A stretch of 64,000 bases of DNA, from contig CM052816.1 of NCBI GenBank assembly GCA_028534125.1, forward strand, positions 36,582,001 to 36,646,000, read 5' to 3'. Source of the DNA: Lama glama (taxonomy: Eukaryota). The notes beneath the pieces are model-generated. The model saw nothing but the letters and a program-made list of their open reading frames with translations, was not told the DNA's origin and searched no databases. The translations under genes were made by a program, and so were the position numbers. Shown here piece by piece: positions 1-12,396 of this stretch. How positions within the stretch are numbered: the first letter of the stretch is position 1; each line of letters starts with the position of its first letter.

Positions 1-1249
1 TAAAATAGAACATTTAGGACAGAATGCAGTCTAATGATGGTCAGTCTTCTCTTTTGGTCTTTAATTTGGGTAATGCGTGGTTTGGAAGTTAAAACCTAAA
101 AAGAATAAAAGAGCTGCTTATTTCAGCTGGCAAAAAGAAAAAAAAAAGGAAAATGTAGAAACACAAAATTTTATTTGTATAACTTGAAAGTTTTCTAACC
201 ATGTGATGTAGTGACCCAAAGCACTGAAAAGACTCTCTGGTAAATGAAAATGAAACTGTCTTGTTGAAAGCAACAAACTATCTATAAATTTTAAAATGCA
301 ACTTATTTATTGGGTATTGGCCATTATAGAGAAGAAAAGATTTAGATATTGGCACAGGATTGTGCTGTTATTTTTACTTTATCTCAGATTTACAGCATAA
401 AATGCATATTCTAAACATTCAGGCATAATACATGCAGTATACTCAAATAAAATATGAACTATTTTACATTGGTTGAAAAATGATTTTTCAGTTTTGATAT
501 AGTTTTGACTTTTTTAACATATGCCTGGGGCTTATGTTGAGTAGTGTGAATTTATTTAAAGAACATGTATTTTACTGTGTATACTCAGACACACTAAGTA
601 CAATTAATAACATTTCTAAAATGTACAATGCAAAATCCATGACTTAATATAATTGACCTGAAAGTAGTAATTCCACATTTATCTCCCAAGCTGGTCAGCA
701 GAGAACAGGATGAAAATGTCTATTGAAATGTTTTAATCAATGTACATTCTCCATCCAAAATTGTGGTTGGATGAAGTCCAGAATGACTTTGTCTTCCTCA
801 TATTTATCAAATGTTAAAGTAAAATGAAAGAGCGAAAAATGACTTGTCATAAATGGAAAACCTTAAAATTAACCATATTTGTCATTCTCAGTTTTTTCTA
901 AGACCTCACATTTGGCTAGAAAAAAGCAAGGTGGTTTTCATCTTTTTCAGACACAATGAACTACGTTGTTCATTGGGTCAGTTGGCCTGCCAAAATTCCT
1001 TGGCAAAGGGAAGCTTCTGGCCAGCTAACTGTGATATAATAAATGATCTGACCAAATTGTCAATGAATTGAGATCTGAAGTTAGAGCTGCTTTGGGAATG
1101 GAGAAGTTAGTTATTTCTCTTCAACTCTTGCCCCTAAAAATATGAAAGCTCTGAAAAGTGTACCACAAATCTCTGGAGGATTAATACTGTAGCAAGTGGT
1201 GGTATGTTTCTCATTTGTCTCATGTTATGAATCATTTATTTATTTACAA

Positions 1250-1700
1250 GAGAATTTTCTTTATTAAACATTTATTATGTCTGATTTTAAATATAACACA
1301 TGTTCATTTGGAAAATAGGGTAAAGATGAAAGAATAAAATAACAGCTATCCATAATTTCACTACCCACACATATTCACTGTATAATTTTTGATACATTAC
1401 TGGTTGTTTTTCCTCACATTTGTAGATTACATGTTGTTTGTTAGTTTGTATTTTACTTTAAATAACTTCATATTATAGCAAAAATTATCTACCAAATTAT
1501 GAATAAATCTTTATAAATACTACTAAATATTTTAAAGTATTCAATCACAAGAATAATTTTTGGCCTTTTAATGTATCTACTTAGCAATATCTTCACAATC
1601 TCAGCATAAATTGTTTTAATATCTATCATTGCTTCAGTTTTCCATATTTATATTCTAAGATAACATGAACTATAATCCGGATATCTCTGTTAAAGTGCTG
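1250..1700 (-). mobile_element. Ancient L1 (L1ME-like) 3' fragment
   Basis: Degenerate resemblance to an antisense L1ME 3' end (aacacatgttcatttggaaaata...ccataatttcactaccc...cactgtataattttt); highly diverged. Confidence 0.4.
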
Positions 1701-2134
1701 TCTTTAACTTATTTATTTATTTATTTTCAAAAGAACTCAATGTCAGGAATAACTTTCTAAAAACTCTGATGACCTCCACTGAGAATCTACATAGAATCAG
1801 TAGGGGCTCCTTTAACATGGGAGGTATGTAAATTTTTTGTGCTTTTTATGACAACCAGTTTGGTGTTTCTTTATTTCATACACTCTCTTCGTTATAGTGT
1901 TTTAAGTTCTGTTCTATCTTGGGTAAGAATATTTATTCATATAAATTAAGTTATATAAATGTCTGGTAATTAATGGATGGTCTTCTGTAAAGATGTGATA
2001 TGAGCTAACCACTCCTCCACACCCCTCCCATACTTTCTTCAATGCTCTGTATTTAATACCAGCTCCTGGTTCACAGTTCTCCATAATTTTTAACCATCCC
2101 TACTAGAACTGTAATCTAGGATAAATACAAATAC

Positions 2135-2884
2135 ATTACTTTATTTAACAGAAGTTTAATAAATACCTAATAAATGCCTCTAGGAGTTGTAGACAGTGTA
2201 TATGACATCAAAACCTCTTCTCTCATACAGTAGTTATCAACACTTAGCAAGGGAATGGTAGAAGACATTGGAAAAGCCAAAAAAATAAAAATCAGATCTG
2301 AAAAAAATCAGATAGTGGCAAGCACTATACAGTTAATTAAAATGAGGAGAACTGATAAAGTTTACAGGATGGTTACTTAAGATTGTATGTTCAGAGAAGG
2401 CATCAATGAAGAGGTTACACTTAGTTTGAGTTCTCAATACCATCAAGGAGTCATCCTTGTGAAGACCAGAAGGACAGATCTTTCAGACAGAGGAAGCAGC
2501 TAGCATAAGTGTTTTAAGGTAGGGACCATCTTGGTGTGTTTTCAAGAAATGTAAAGAAAGTCTATATGACTGAAGCTTGGTAAATAAGAGAGAAAATATA
2601 AAAAACAGATTATAAAGGAAAAAGGGAAATCAGATATAAATGAACACATAAGCTGGGATGAGATTTTATATTTCATTCTGTTTATATGAAAAATCCATTA
2701 GTGAGATCAGTTATATGATATGAGAGCTAGCAATACAATTTAAATTTCTTCTTTATGGATAGTTTATAAGAACTTAAGAGTAGAGATAAAGGGATATATA
2801 CCAGTTTCAGGAGACAACAAACACAAAAAAAGATGATGGCTTGGACTTGTGTTGCAACAGTGTGGATGGAGAGAAGAGTATGAG
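2135..2884 (-). mobile_element. L2 LINE 3' region (L2a-like), left part
   Basis: Antisense L2 hallmarks: tcagatagtggcaagcactata, tcagagaaggcatcaatgaagaggttacactt, ttcagacagaggaagcagctagc, gatgatggcttggact; resumes after the L1 insertion. Confidence 0.8.
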
Positions 2885-2894
2885 ACATGTTTTG

Positions 2895-3998
2895 TTTTTA
2901 ATTGAAGTATATAGATGATTTACAATTGTATGTTAGTTTCAGGTGTACATAGCAATTCAATATTTTTATAGCATATACTCTATTTAAAGTTATTACAAGT
3001 TAATGACTATAGTTCCCTGTGCTCTACTATATATCCTTGTTGTTTACTTATTTTATACACAGTAGTTTGTATCAGTTAATCCCATATCCATATCTCACTC
3101 TTCTGTTCATAACATTATATATATATATTTATAAGTATATATAATTATATATATATATAAATAAAAAATATATATATATTTATATATATATAAACATATC
3201 TTCTTTATTCATTCATCTGTTGATGAACACTTAGGTTGTTTCCATATCTTGCCTATTGTACATAATGCTGCTGTGAACACTGGGGTATATGTATTTTTTT
3301 AAAACTAGTGTTTTTGTTTTGTTTGGATGTATACCCAGGAGTGAAACTGCAGGACCATACAGTAGGTCTATTATTTGTTTTTTTGAGGAACTTCCATACC
3401 TTTATCCATGCTGGCTGTACCAAGTTACAATCCCACCAACAGTGTACTATGGTTCAATTTTTTTTCCACATTAACACCAACATTTGTTTAGACTTTTTGA
3501 TGATAGCCATTTTGACAAGTGTGAGGTGATATCTCATTGTGGTTTTGATTTGCATTTCTCTGATGATTAGTGATGTTGAGCATTTTTTAATGTGCCTCTT
3601 GGCCATCTGTACATCATCTTTGGAAAAATGTCTATTCAGGTCTTTGCCCATTTTTTAATTGGGTCCTTTGTATTTTTGATATTGAGCAGTCTGAGATGTT
3701 TATATGTTTTGGATATTAATCACTTACCAGTCATTTGTAGACATTTTCTCCCATTTAGTAGGTTGTCTCTTTGTTATGTTGCTGGATTCCTTTGCCGTGC
3801 AAAAGCTTTTATGTTTAATCAGGTCCCATTTGTTTATTTTTGCTTTCATTTCTTTTGCTTTAGGAGCAAATCAAAACCAAATATTGCTCCCATTTATGTC
3901 AGAGTGTTCTCCCTGTTTTCTTCTAGAAGTTTTGTGGTTTCAGGTCTTAAATTTAGTCTTGAATTCATTATGAGTTTATTTTTGTATATGGTGTGAGG
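2895..3998 (-). mobile_element. 5'-truncated LINE-1 (ORF2 C-terminus + 3'UTR), inserted in L2
   Basis: T-rich tail then attgaagtata..., the antisense L1 3'UTR. ORF 3454-3651(-) [42 protein letters not shown] is typical L1 ORF2p C-terminal sequence. Probable TSD acatgttttg (2885-2894) / acatttttg (4000-4008). Confidence 0.95.
3113..3195. repeat. (TA)n-rich low-complexity tract inside L1
   Basis: Directly visible interrupted TA repeats. Confidence 0.95.
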
Positions 3999-3999
3999 A

Positions 4000-4270
4000 A
4001 CATTTTTGAAGGTAGAAGAAGAACTAACGGATTTGACCTAAAAGGAAAAGAATTTTGCCCCAAAATATCGATGGTTTGTGTGCATTTTTCTGGAATGGGA
4101 GACTGAGGATAGAACAGATTTAGGGGAATAAATCAAGAGTCTGTTTTGGACATACTAACTTCTGGATGCCATTATGATAGCCAATTGGAGATAATGAGGC
4201 AGCTTATATGACTCTGGAAAATTGAGGACAGATAGGGATTGAGAATATTCAAAATAAGGCTTAGAGTTTA
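4000..4270 (-). mobile_element. L2 LINE, continuation after the L1 insertion
   Basis: tttgaaggtaga...ggatttg...aatcaagagtctgttttggacata is the expected continuation of antisense L2. Confidence 0.75.
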
Positions 4271-4299
4271 TCTGCCTATAAATGGCACCTGAATCCATG

Positions 4300-5600
4300 T
4301 AGTAAGATATGTTATCTACTGCAATCCTAATTAGTTCAATGTACTCCTCTAACCCCCAACTTATGCCATTGCTTTCAAGTCCATATAAATATTGGCTCTC
4401 AAGTCTCTGAATGCTTCTGAAACTATCCACTGATGGCCTTCTTTGTAGGTCCATCTTTGACATATCAGTACTCTCCCAATAAATGGTATTTATTTTTTCT
4501 GAATACTTGCCAAATGTGATCTCAACCACTCCCATGTTTTTCACAAAATATAGAAGGTAGATGATTGAACATTAACATTTCCATTATGAAATCTTTCTTG
4601 ATGGCTTATGTGACACCTATCTGCACAATACATTATTTAAATATACCACCACTAAATTCATCAGGTCTAAAATTAATCTGAGATATTTATATCCTTTTCT
4701 TCTCTATTTCCCTGGTCACCCCCCCAAAAGAAGGCCAGGAAGCACATTGGTTACTTCAACAATATACTGCAATCCACAATGCTATCTATGATCAAATATT
4801 AATCCTAATTGTGTCTTAAATATTTCTTCCCTATTACTGATACCTACTACATCCGCTTTAAGTTTAGGCTTCATTCAGTTCTTACTGTACTATTTCAACA
4901 GCATCCTAACAAGGAATGTCACTCTGATTAAATCCATCCCGCACACTGAAACAAAAACATCTACCACATAAAATCTATCACTCATAGGATAATCATCAGT
5001 GTTTCTTATTATTCACAGGATAATTCACAAGAGGCATTTCTTGGCAATGAACACTACCTCTGTTCTATTCCTTATCTGAAACCTGGTCCTTATGTGACTA
5101 TAAAGCTTCGTTTCTCTTTACTCCTTTCCTCACATTATATGTGTTCGCAAACCCAAAGTGTGTGGAGTTCCTGGAGCACAGTAGTGTTGTTCAACTCCTA
5201 CCTCCCCTCTCATTGCTCCTCTTTTGAGACTCCTTTCTAGTTTGCTCTCTTGATCCACAAATTATTGCTAATTCTTACAAATGTAATTTGGTGTCACTTT
5301 AAGATACTTCATGCTTGGCCATTATTTTTCACCAAGTTTTAGCTTTCTCCAGTATCTGTATCACCCTTCCTCTAGAAATATTAAAGTAATTTCAGTTCCC
5401 CAAAATGCTGTGATCTTTTCCAACTCTAGACTGTTGTATAAACTCAGTCTTATCTTTCCTTTCCTCTCCCCTTACCTTACCCTCTTACCTTCCAATAGCT
5501 TTCCTCTAGATATTTTCATTTTCACCAATATATTACTTCCTCCCAGAAATCTCCCTGAGTGTCAAAGTCCTGATTTAATCCTTTAATATGGTTTCATAGC
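4300..5600 (+). mobile_element. Degenerate L2 fragments (sense)
   Basis: Pyrimidine-rich L2-like motifs: aaattcatcaggtctaaaattaatct, tactatttcaacagcatcctaac, aatccatcccgcacactg, gttcctggagcaca. Confidence 0.55.
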
Positions 5601-5640
5601 ATGATAACAATATCAAATAGTATGATAACAATATCAAATA
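5601..5640. repeat. Short tandem duplication, 21-bp period (atgataacaatatcaaata x2)
   Basis: Identical 19-mer at 5601-5619 and 5622-5640. Confidence 0.95.
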
Positions 5641-5644
5641 CATA

Positions 5645-5865
5645 TAGTATCTAACATGTGCCGGATACTCTTTTAAGTACTTAGCATATTTTAAAATATT
5701 TAGTGTCACAATAATGCTATAAGGTAAGAATAGTTATTATCCCCACTTTAGATATGAGTAAACTAAGGTATTGGTATGTTAATTAATCTACTCCATGTTT
5801 AACAGTCACAAGCAAAAGGGGCAGACTTTGAGTCAAGCCAAGCTGTCTTTGCTTTACTGTACTAT
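5645..5865 (-). mobile_element. MIR SINE
   Basis: Antisense MIR core attatccccactttagatatgagtaaactaagg, preceded by tgtgccggatactc. Confidence 0.8.
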
Positions 5866-5869
5866 ACCT

Positions 5870-6250
5870 TTGCATGTACTTCTTTTATGATACACAGAAT
5901 TTGTTTACTTGCTGTTACCATTCACCAGAATATAAACTCTATGAGAACTTTTCTATTATTGAATCTCCAGCATCTATCTAAAAGCCTTTCAACATATTTG
6001 GTGCTCGATAAGTTTGTGATGAATGACAAAATGACATAATTTAAGTGTTTCTCCTCAACTTAAGTGTTTCTCTTCTGTGTTCCCATAGCACTCTGGGAAC
6101 ATCTATGCTTTTACTGAATCTTTGCTATTATTTACTTATAGCTTTCTTGGCCTTATTGAATTGAAAGGCCTGTTAGTACACAAAACTTTACTTGTCCATC
6201 AGTGTGTCCCAAGTGAAGCACAGATGCTCAATAAATGTTTGTTGAATAAA
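5870..6250 (+). mobile_element. Two L2 3' tails (ending near 6025 and 6250)
   Basis: agaatataaactctatgag...gtgctcgataagtttgtgatgaatga and cacagatgctcaataaatgtttgttgaataaat are canonical L2 3' termini. Confidence 0.75.
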
Positions 6251-8294
6251 TCTGTAACTAATATCAGTGAAAGACATGTATGTAAGATTTCTGGGGTGGA
6301 GCTCAACAATCCCCTTCTATCTGTACTTCTATATGGCTCTAGGAAAATATTTAATTTATAACACTTAACGTTAATCATCTATTTTCGAGAACTCTTTCTG
6401 CTTTATTGTAAATGAGGATGATTCTGAGATAAATCTTTCTCACCTAAGGTCCTAAAACTTTTATGAACCTTAATTCTCTTAAATATTAGACCACTATCCA
6501 AAAACATAGCAAAATGCATATTAATATGCCCATGAATTACTCAATATTAAATTGCCACAAGGAGTTAAAATGAAGCAGAAAGTATATTTCTTGCCCACAA
6601 GGGCAGTGTAATACAGAAGTTAGCTCCAGCACAAATAAATCTGGGCAAACATAAATGATAGAGACATGTATATCCACCTGTTGACCTGTCAAGATACACA
6701 CACGTTCAAAGATATCTGAAGTGAACAGATCCAGGTGGATTTAATTTGACAAGCTTTCCAAGAGTTGAACCAAGTAGAAAATTGAAGGAAGATGATATGG
6801 TTTTATGCATTTGAGAAAGGTGTGTAACCCAGAAAGGGCAGTGAAAACATACACTTTAACACCACATGGAGAATAATTTAAAACATTTTCATTTTTAGTT
6901 GTTCATAATAAGTCATAAGATTGTATATAATAGCTTGACCTACTATTCAGAGATGAACTCATAAAATCTATTTTCTTTGACATATAGTCCAGGCATGGGC
7001 TTAATTTTTATTTTTTATTGCCCCACTGTTTTTGTATTCCCACATACCCCCAAGAGAATCCCACATATCTTTCTACCTCTGCTCCTTGAGATATCTCCCC
7101 TTTTCTTCTATTCTCCTTCTTGTTTTAACATTATTCTCTGGCTTTATATTCCATAGAGAGCAACTTCAGTCACTCTTAGCAATCATTGCCTACATTTCCA
7201 GTACCTTATTAGTGCATCTCACTTGACTTCTTTTTGAAGTGAGGAAGTGGGGCTTAATGCTTACATTATAAGCATCTTGGCATCTAACATTAAATTAAAT
7301 AAGTATGGGTCCTTTATATATGTGAAATATATATGTATTCACTATATTCTTACATAACTGGACTAATTTGAAATGCTAATCATAAAATGTAACATGTATA
7401 GCATGCTAAAAAAGAATAATCTTAATGATAAAAGATGATTAATTTCAAAATATGTTAGCTATCTTTAACAGAATTTTTTACTTGACTCTTTCCCAAGGGG
7501 CCATTATGAACTTGATTTAAATAAACCAAAATTTTCCCTAAAGAAACCCCAATTTCCTACTTTGTTGAGAAGTTTCATTTACATAATCTTCTCATAAAGC
7601 ATTATCTTTATACCTGAGTGAAAATGGCATTGCCTAACACTAACAATGTAAGTTTATCTGAATTGAAACAGAGATGCTCTAAAGAGTGCATGCCTTTACA
7701 TACATCAGTCCATAAGAAACAGAATAAGTGATGTCTGTAGATGTAGCCTGCAGTACTAAAATGAAGAAAAACAAAAGTCACCTGTTGTGCTTTCATTTGG
7801 CCTATCTATGCATAACACTCGGTGCTACAACATCTAATCTGGATTTTATTTCTTCCTTTTGTCAGGAGGAGATCAAATCTGGGACTCATTCTTTTTCACA
7901 ATGCTTATCAGGAAAAGGTAGAATTACATAAAATTGTCTTAACATTGCACTTCTCCCCTCTGAACTCCTTTTGGTCTATGAAATTCCACCTGTAGCCCAC
8001 AACTCATACACAATTTGATTTATTTCAATTTTTCTTATTCTTAACAATCATTTTCTTGTTTTCTATGAAGAAATTGTACAACAAATTATGTACAATAGTA
8101 CATATTCTTTCAGCTAGGATTGGGAAATTGTTACTTCCCCTACTTCTGGGAGAAAGACATTTGACTGCTTAACCAGAATGGAAAGTGAAGAATCAGATTT
8201 ATTTACAGCTGTATTGCTAAATTAATTAATACAGGAAGGAGAAATAAAGCAATGTTGACCCTTTGTATAAATACTAGAGAATAACAAAAGAAGC

Positions 8295-8530
8295 CAATAT
8301 TTTTTAATGTGCCAGGTGCTGTTTTAACTAGTGGCTTTACTTGTGTTATCTCTTCATAGGTGACACTCTGTCATATAGGTACCATATTCATCTCTTCTTT
8401 ACAGATAAATAAAATGAGGCTTTGTAAGTTTAAGTCACTTTTCCAGTAACCCTTAGCTATTGAGCAGGAGGGCTGGATGTCAGCCCATGTCCATCTGGCT
8501 CCAGAATGTGTATTCCTAAATAGCATTGTG
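8295..8530 (-). mobile_element. MIR SINE
   Basis: atgtgccaggtgctgtttt...tttacagataaataaaatgaggc...aagtcacttttccag...catctggctccaga. Confidence 0.85.
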
Positions 8531-11500
8531 TATCATTCTATGTTTAAGACCCTAAACCTCAAAAGAATTTTACTGTTAAGTACTGTTTAAATTTTATGTT
8601 CTACTAAGATCTCTATAATTACAATTAAAGTGAAATTTAATAACTTTTGAACCATAATTCAAGGAAGAACAGTGGGATAAGTTGATCTTAGGGCATTTCA
8701 GGTGCTCAAATGGAATTTGTAACTTATAAAAATACTTTAAATACTTTTACCTGAAAAATTCCATGTAATATATCTACACCAATCTCCTTTGTAGTCTCTT
8801 CAACAAATCTCATTATTCCACTTTAGATCTCTCTTTGGCTTATCTTTAATTGTTCTCTCTCTACCGTTTTAGTCCATCATAATTTGCCCATCCCCTCTTC
8901 AACATCTAAAAATGTATTAAATATTTTGGCTTCTTTATGGTATTCTTCCCAGGGAAGGGTTTATTTCCTATTTCATATTTTGAAGGGTCTTAGGAGAATA
9001 GAAAAAAATACATATTTGCTCAGCTTGACATCCTGAAACAGAGGCTTTGTATATTTAACTTCTTGAATAATAATGATACTGTAATTGCTAGAGACATGTT
9101 AGATGTTTAATATCAGCATCAAATGACTCTATCACTGAACTGCATTCTTTATTGTTGGATTTACGAAATTTTCTCACTCAAAAAAAAAGATTAAATTTCA
9201 CTTAATTAACTAAACTAGTTTGAAGAGTTTCCCCCTTGACTCAGGCCTCGTTACCAGATTTATAATTGGAAAGAATACGTATAACAATCAACACAGGTGG
9301 TAACACAAAGATGAGTTCAAACAATTACTAAAATATTATTGAAAAGAACATTTTATGATTACAGAAATTTGGAGTTAAGCAGAGATTGATTTTTACCATA
9401 AGACTGAACAAACCAAATGATAGCTTTATAAATTCAGTGTTGGGGATAACTTTATGACCAATTTAAATATATTAATGGGAATAATTCTTTATGTAATTTC
9501 AAATAATTGATGGCCAATTCAATTAAATATCAACTTTTTTTCAGTCATTTATGTCATATACCTTTGCTTAGGCACTGTATTTTTCTGTTATATCTTCTAA
9601 GATTTGAAATATCCCTGTCTGAAGATTGCTATATAAATGTAGCAGGCCTCTTCATCACATAATACCCACCCCCATATAGGAGATCCTGCTTTGACACAGC
9701 CTCATTCGCTCTCCCTTAGTTCTGCCCCACAGGGCACCTGCTACAGAGATTTTCTTGCCCAGCAAATATTCCTGTTATATGGTGCACAGGCCAAGACTGC
9801 TCAAGCACAGCTAGTCTTCCAGGTGCCCACTTGATCCTAGTAAACCCCTATGCACCCTTAGTCTGCTCACGAAACTGGCATCTCTCTCTGCTCTGATATG
9901 AAAAGGGGCAGATGAGAAAAACATAGATGACAACCAGGGAAGGGAATGAAATGCTAGATTCTTCTTTTTCATACTGGTGTCCTTCCCTCTCTCTTGCCTT
10001 TTCAACCTCTCCCCACAAACATTACCTTTCCAAGGGACAAATCTAAAGACTCAAACCCTTTTTTGGCCCTGTAGGATAATGGTAGTGGGTTAATGTCTAC
10101 AGGACCAATTTTACATACTCTAAGCCTTGGCTGAAGATGGCTAGGCCCAAATGTTTATGGGTTACTTACAATACGGAGTTTTTCAGAATCTATTATTTTC
10201 TAATTTTAGCACAATCTTGAAAACTTAGACATCATTGATTGAAACATGTCTGATCATTCTCCAAATATTTAACTGGGTCTCTGATGTCTCTGATGTTCTC
10301 ATGATATTGTATTTACTGTCATGTTTCCATCCTGTTCATTCTCAAGCTTTCACAGATCAATTTTTTGTATATAAGGTCAGTGGGTTTGTATACATCACTC
10401 CTACTCAGGCAAAATGTTTTGAGACATTATTGTGATAAATGATTTCACTGCATTTTCATAGGTACTGTATTAATGACTTTCCTTAGATGTTTAATGTTTG
10501 AGAAAAAATATTAAGTATTTTTATTTTTATTATTATTTTTATTTTATTTTATTTATTTAATTTATAAATATTTTAATATTTATAAATAAAATATTAAGTG
10601 TTTTATTTATTTTTTTGTGCAGCAAGTATTCCACCAGAGTAATTGTGCATTGACATCCAAATAACATCTTCACTATCATTTTTTCTAAAAATATTGATAA
10701 TTTATTTTGTGAGAATTCCTATTTAAATTCTTTTTCAATATGATTTTCACAGAAGGAGAATTGCCCAAGTAATCATTTCCAAAGCATTGTTATCTCAAAC
10801 TAACTTTGAAAATAGATACATTCAAATAGGAAAGGAAGAAAATTTCACAGATGGAGGTGGGCTATGTAAATTCATGTGTAAGTTTTATTACAGCTTTATG
10901 GAGTATTATCTTTTCAGTAAAATTTTTAAATAAAACAATACTACAGAAATGAAAAATACCATGAGACTACTATGAGCAATTATACACCAACAAATTGGAC
11001 AACCTGGGAGACATGGAATAATTCCTAAAAATATAAAACCTACCATGACTGAATCATGTTGAAATAGAAAATCTGAACAGACTGATTACTAACAAGGAGA
11101 CTGAATCAGCAATGTATCTTCCAAACACATTTTATGAAGCCAGCATTATTCTGATACCAAAACCAGATAAGGGTGCCCAAAAAGGGAATTATAGGCCAAT
11201 ATTCCTGATGAACATGGTTTCAGAAATTCTCAACAAAATATTAGCAAACTGAATTTAATAATACATTAAAAGGATTATACACCATGATCAATGTCATGTT
11301 TATTTATTCTGGAGATACAAGGATGGTTCAACACCCATAAATTAGTCAGTGGCATATACCACATTAACAGAATGAAGAATAACATTTTATAATCAGAAAA
11401 ATCTTTTGACAAAATTGAACATCCATTTTTGATAAAAACTCTCAACAAAGTAGGTGAAAAGGGAAATGTATCCCAACATTATAAAGGCCTTATAAGACAA

Positions 11501-12203
11501 ACCCACAGTTAATATTATTAATAGTGAAAAGCTGAAAGCTTTTCTTCTAAGATCAGGAACAAGACAAGGATGCTGTCTCTCAACATTGTTTATTCAACAC
11601 AGTATTGGAAGTCCTAGTCAGAGCAATTAGGCAAGAGAAAGAAATAAAAGGCATCCAAATTGGAAAAGGAAGAAATAAAACTGTCACTATTTGTAGATGA
11701 CATGATACTACATATAGAAAACCCTAAAGACTTCATCAAAAAACTGTTAGTACTAATAAATGAATTCAGAAATGTTGCTAAATACAAAATCAATATGAAA
11801 AAATTTATTGTCTTTCTTTGCACTAAAGTGAACTATTAGAAAAAAATTGATATAACAATCTCATTTACAATTGCATAAAATAATAAAATCCTAGGAATAA
11901 TTTAGCCAATGAGGTGAAAAGTCTATATATTGAAAACTATAAGACCCTACTGAAAGAAATTGAAGAGGACACAAATAAATAAAAAGATATTCCATACTCA
12001 TGGATTGGAAGAATTAATGTTATTAAAATGTCCATACTACCTAAAGCAATCTACAGATTCAATGCAATCTTTATGACAATTCCAATGGTATTGTTCACAG
12101 AAATTGAATAAAAAAATCAAAATTTGTATGGAACCGAAAAAGACCCCAAACAGCCAAAGCAATCTTGACAAAAATCCAGAGGCATAACACTTCCTGATTT
12201 CAT

Positions 12204-12239
12204 TATATTACAAAGGTATACTATATTACAAAGGTATAC
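12204..12239. repeat. 18-bp tandem duplication (tatattacaaaggtatac x2) inside L1
   Basis: Two identical adjacent 18-mers. Confidence 0.95.
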
Positions 12240-12317
12240 TAACTAAAACAGTATGGTACTGGCATAAAATAGACCCATAGATCAGTGGACCAGAATAGAG
12301 AGCCCAGAAATAACCTA

Positions 12318-12379
<62 letters not shown>

Positions 12380-12396
12380 CACACACATATATATAT
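12318..12396. repeat. (TG)n microsatellite (~27 units) followed by (CA)n(TA)n
   Basis: Directly visible. Confidence 0.99.

Noticed and set aside
853..1071. 72-aa ORF with an internal ttttcag acceptor and TTGGC/GCCAA cluster
   Set aside because: No good donor, peptide unrecognised, and the NFI half-sites lack the canonical N5 spacing
3289..3996. Cluster of ORFs (61-134 aa)
   Set aside because: All lie within an L1 3' end. 3454-3651(-) is an ORF2p remnant and the + strand ORFs are antisense L1 artefacts
4155..4544. 129-aa minus-strand ORF
   Set aside because: Spans decayed L2 fragments, has a non-ATG start and contains no recognisable domain
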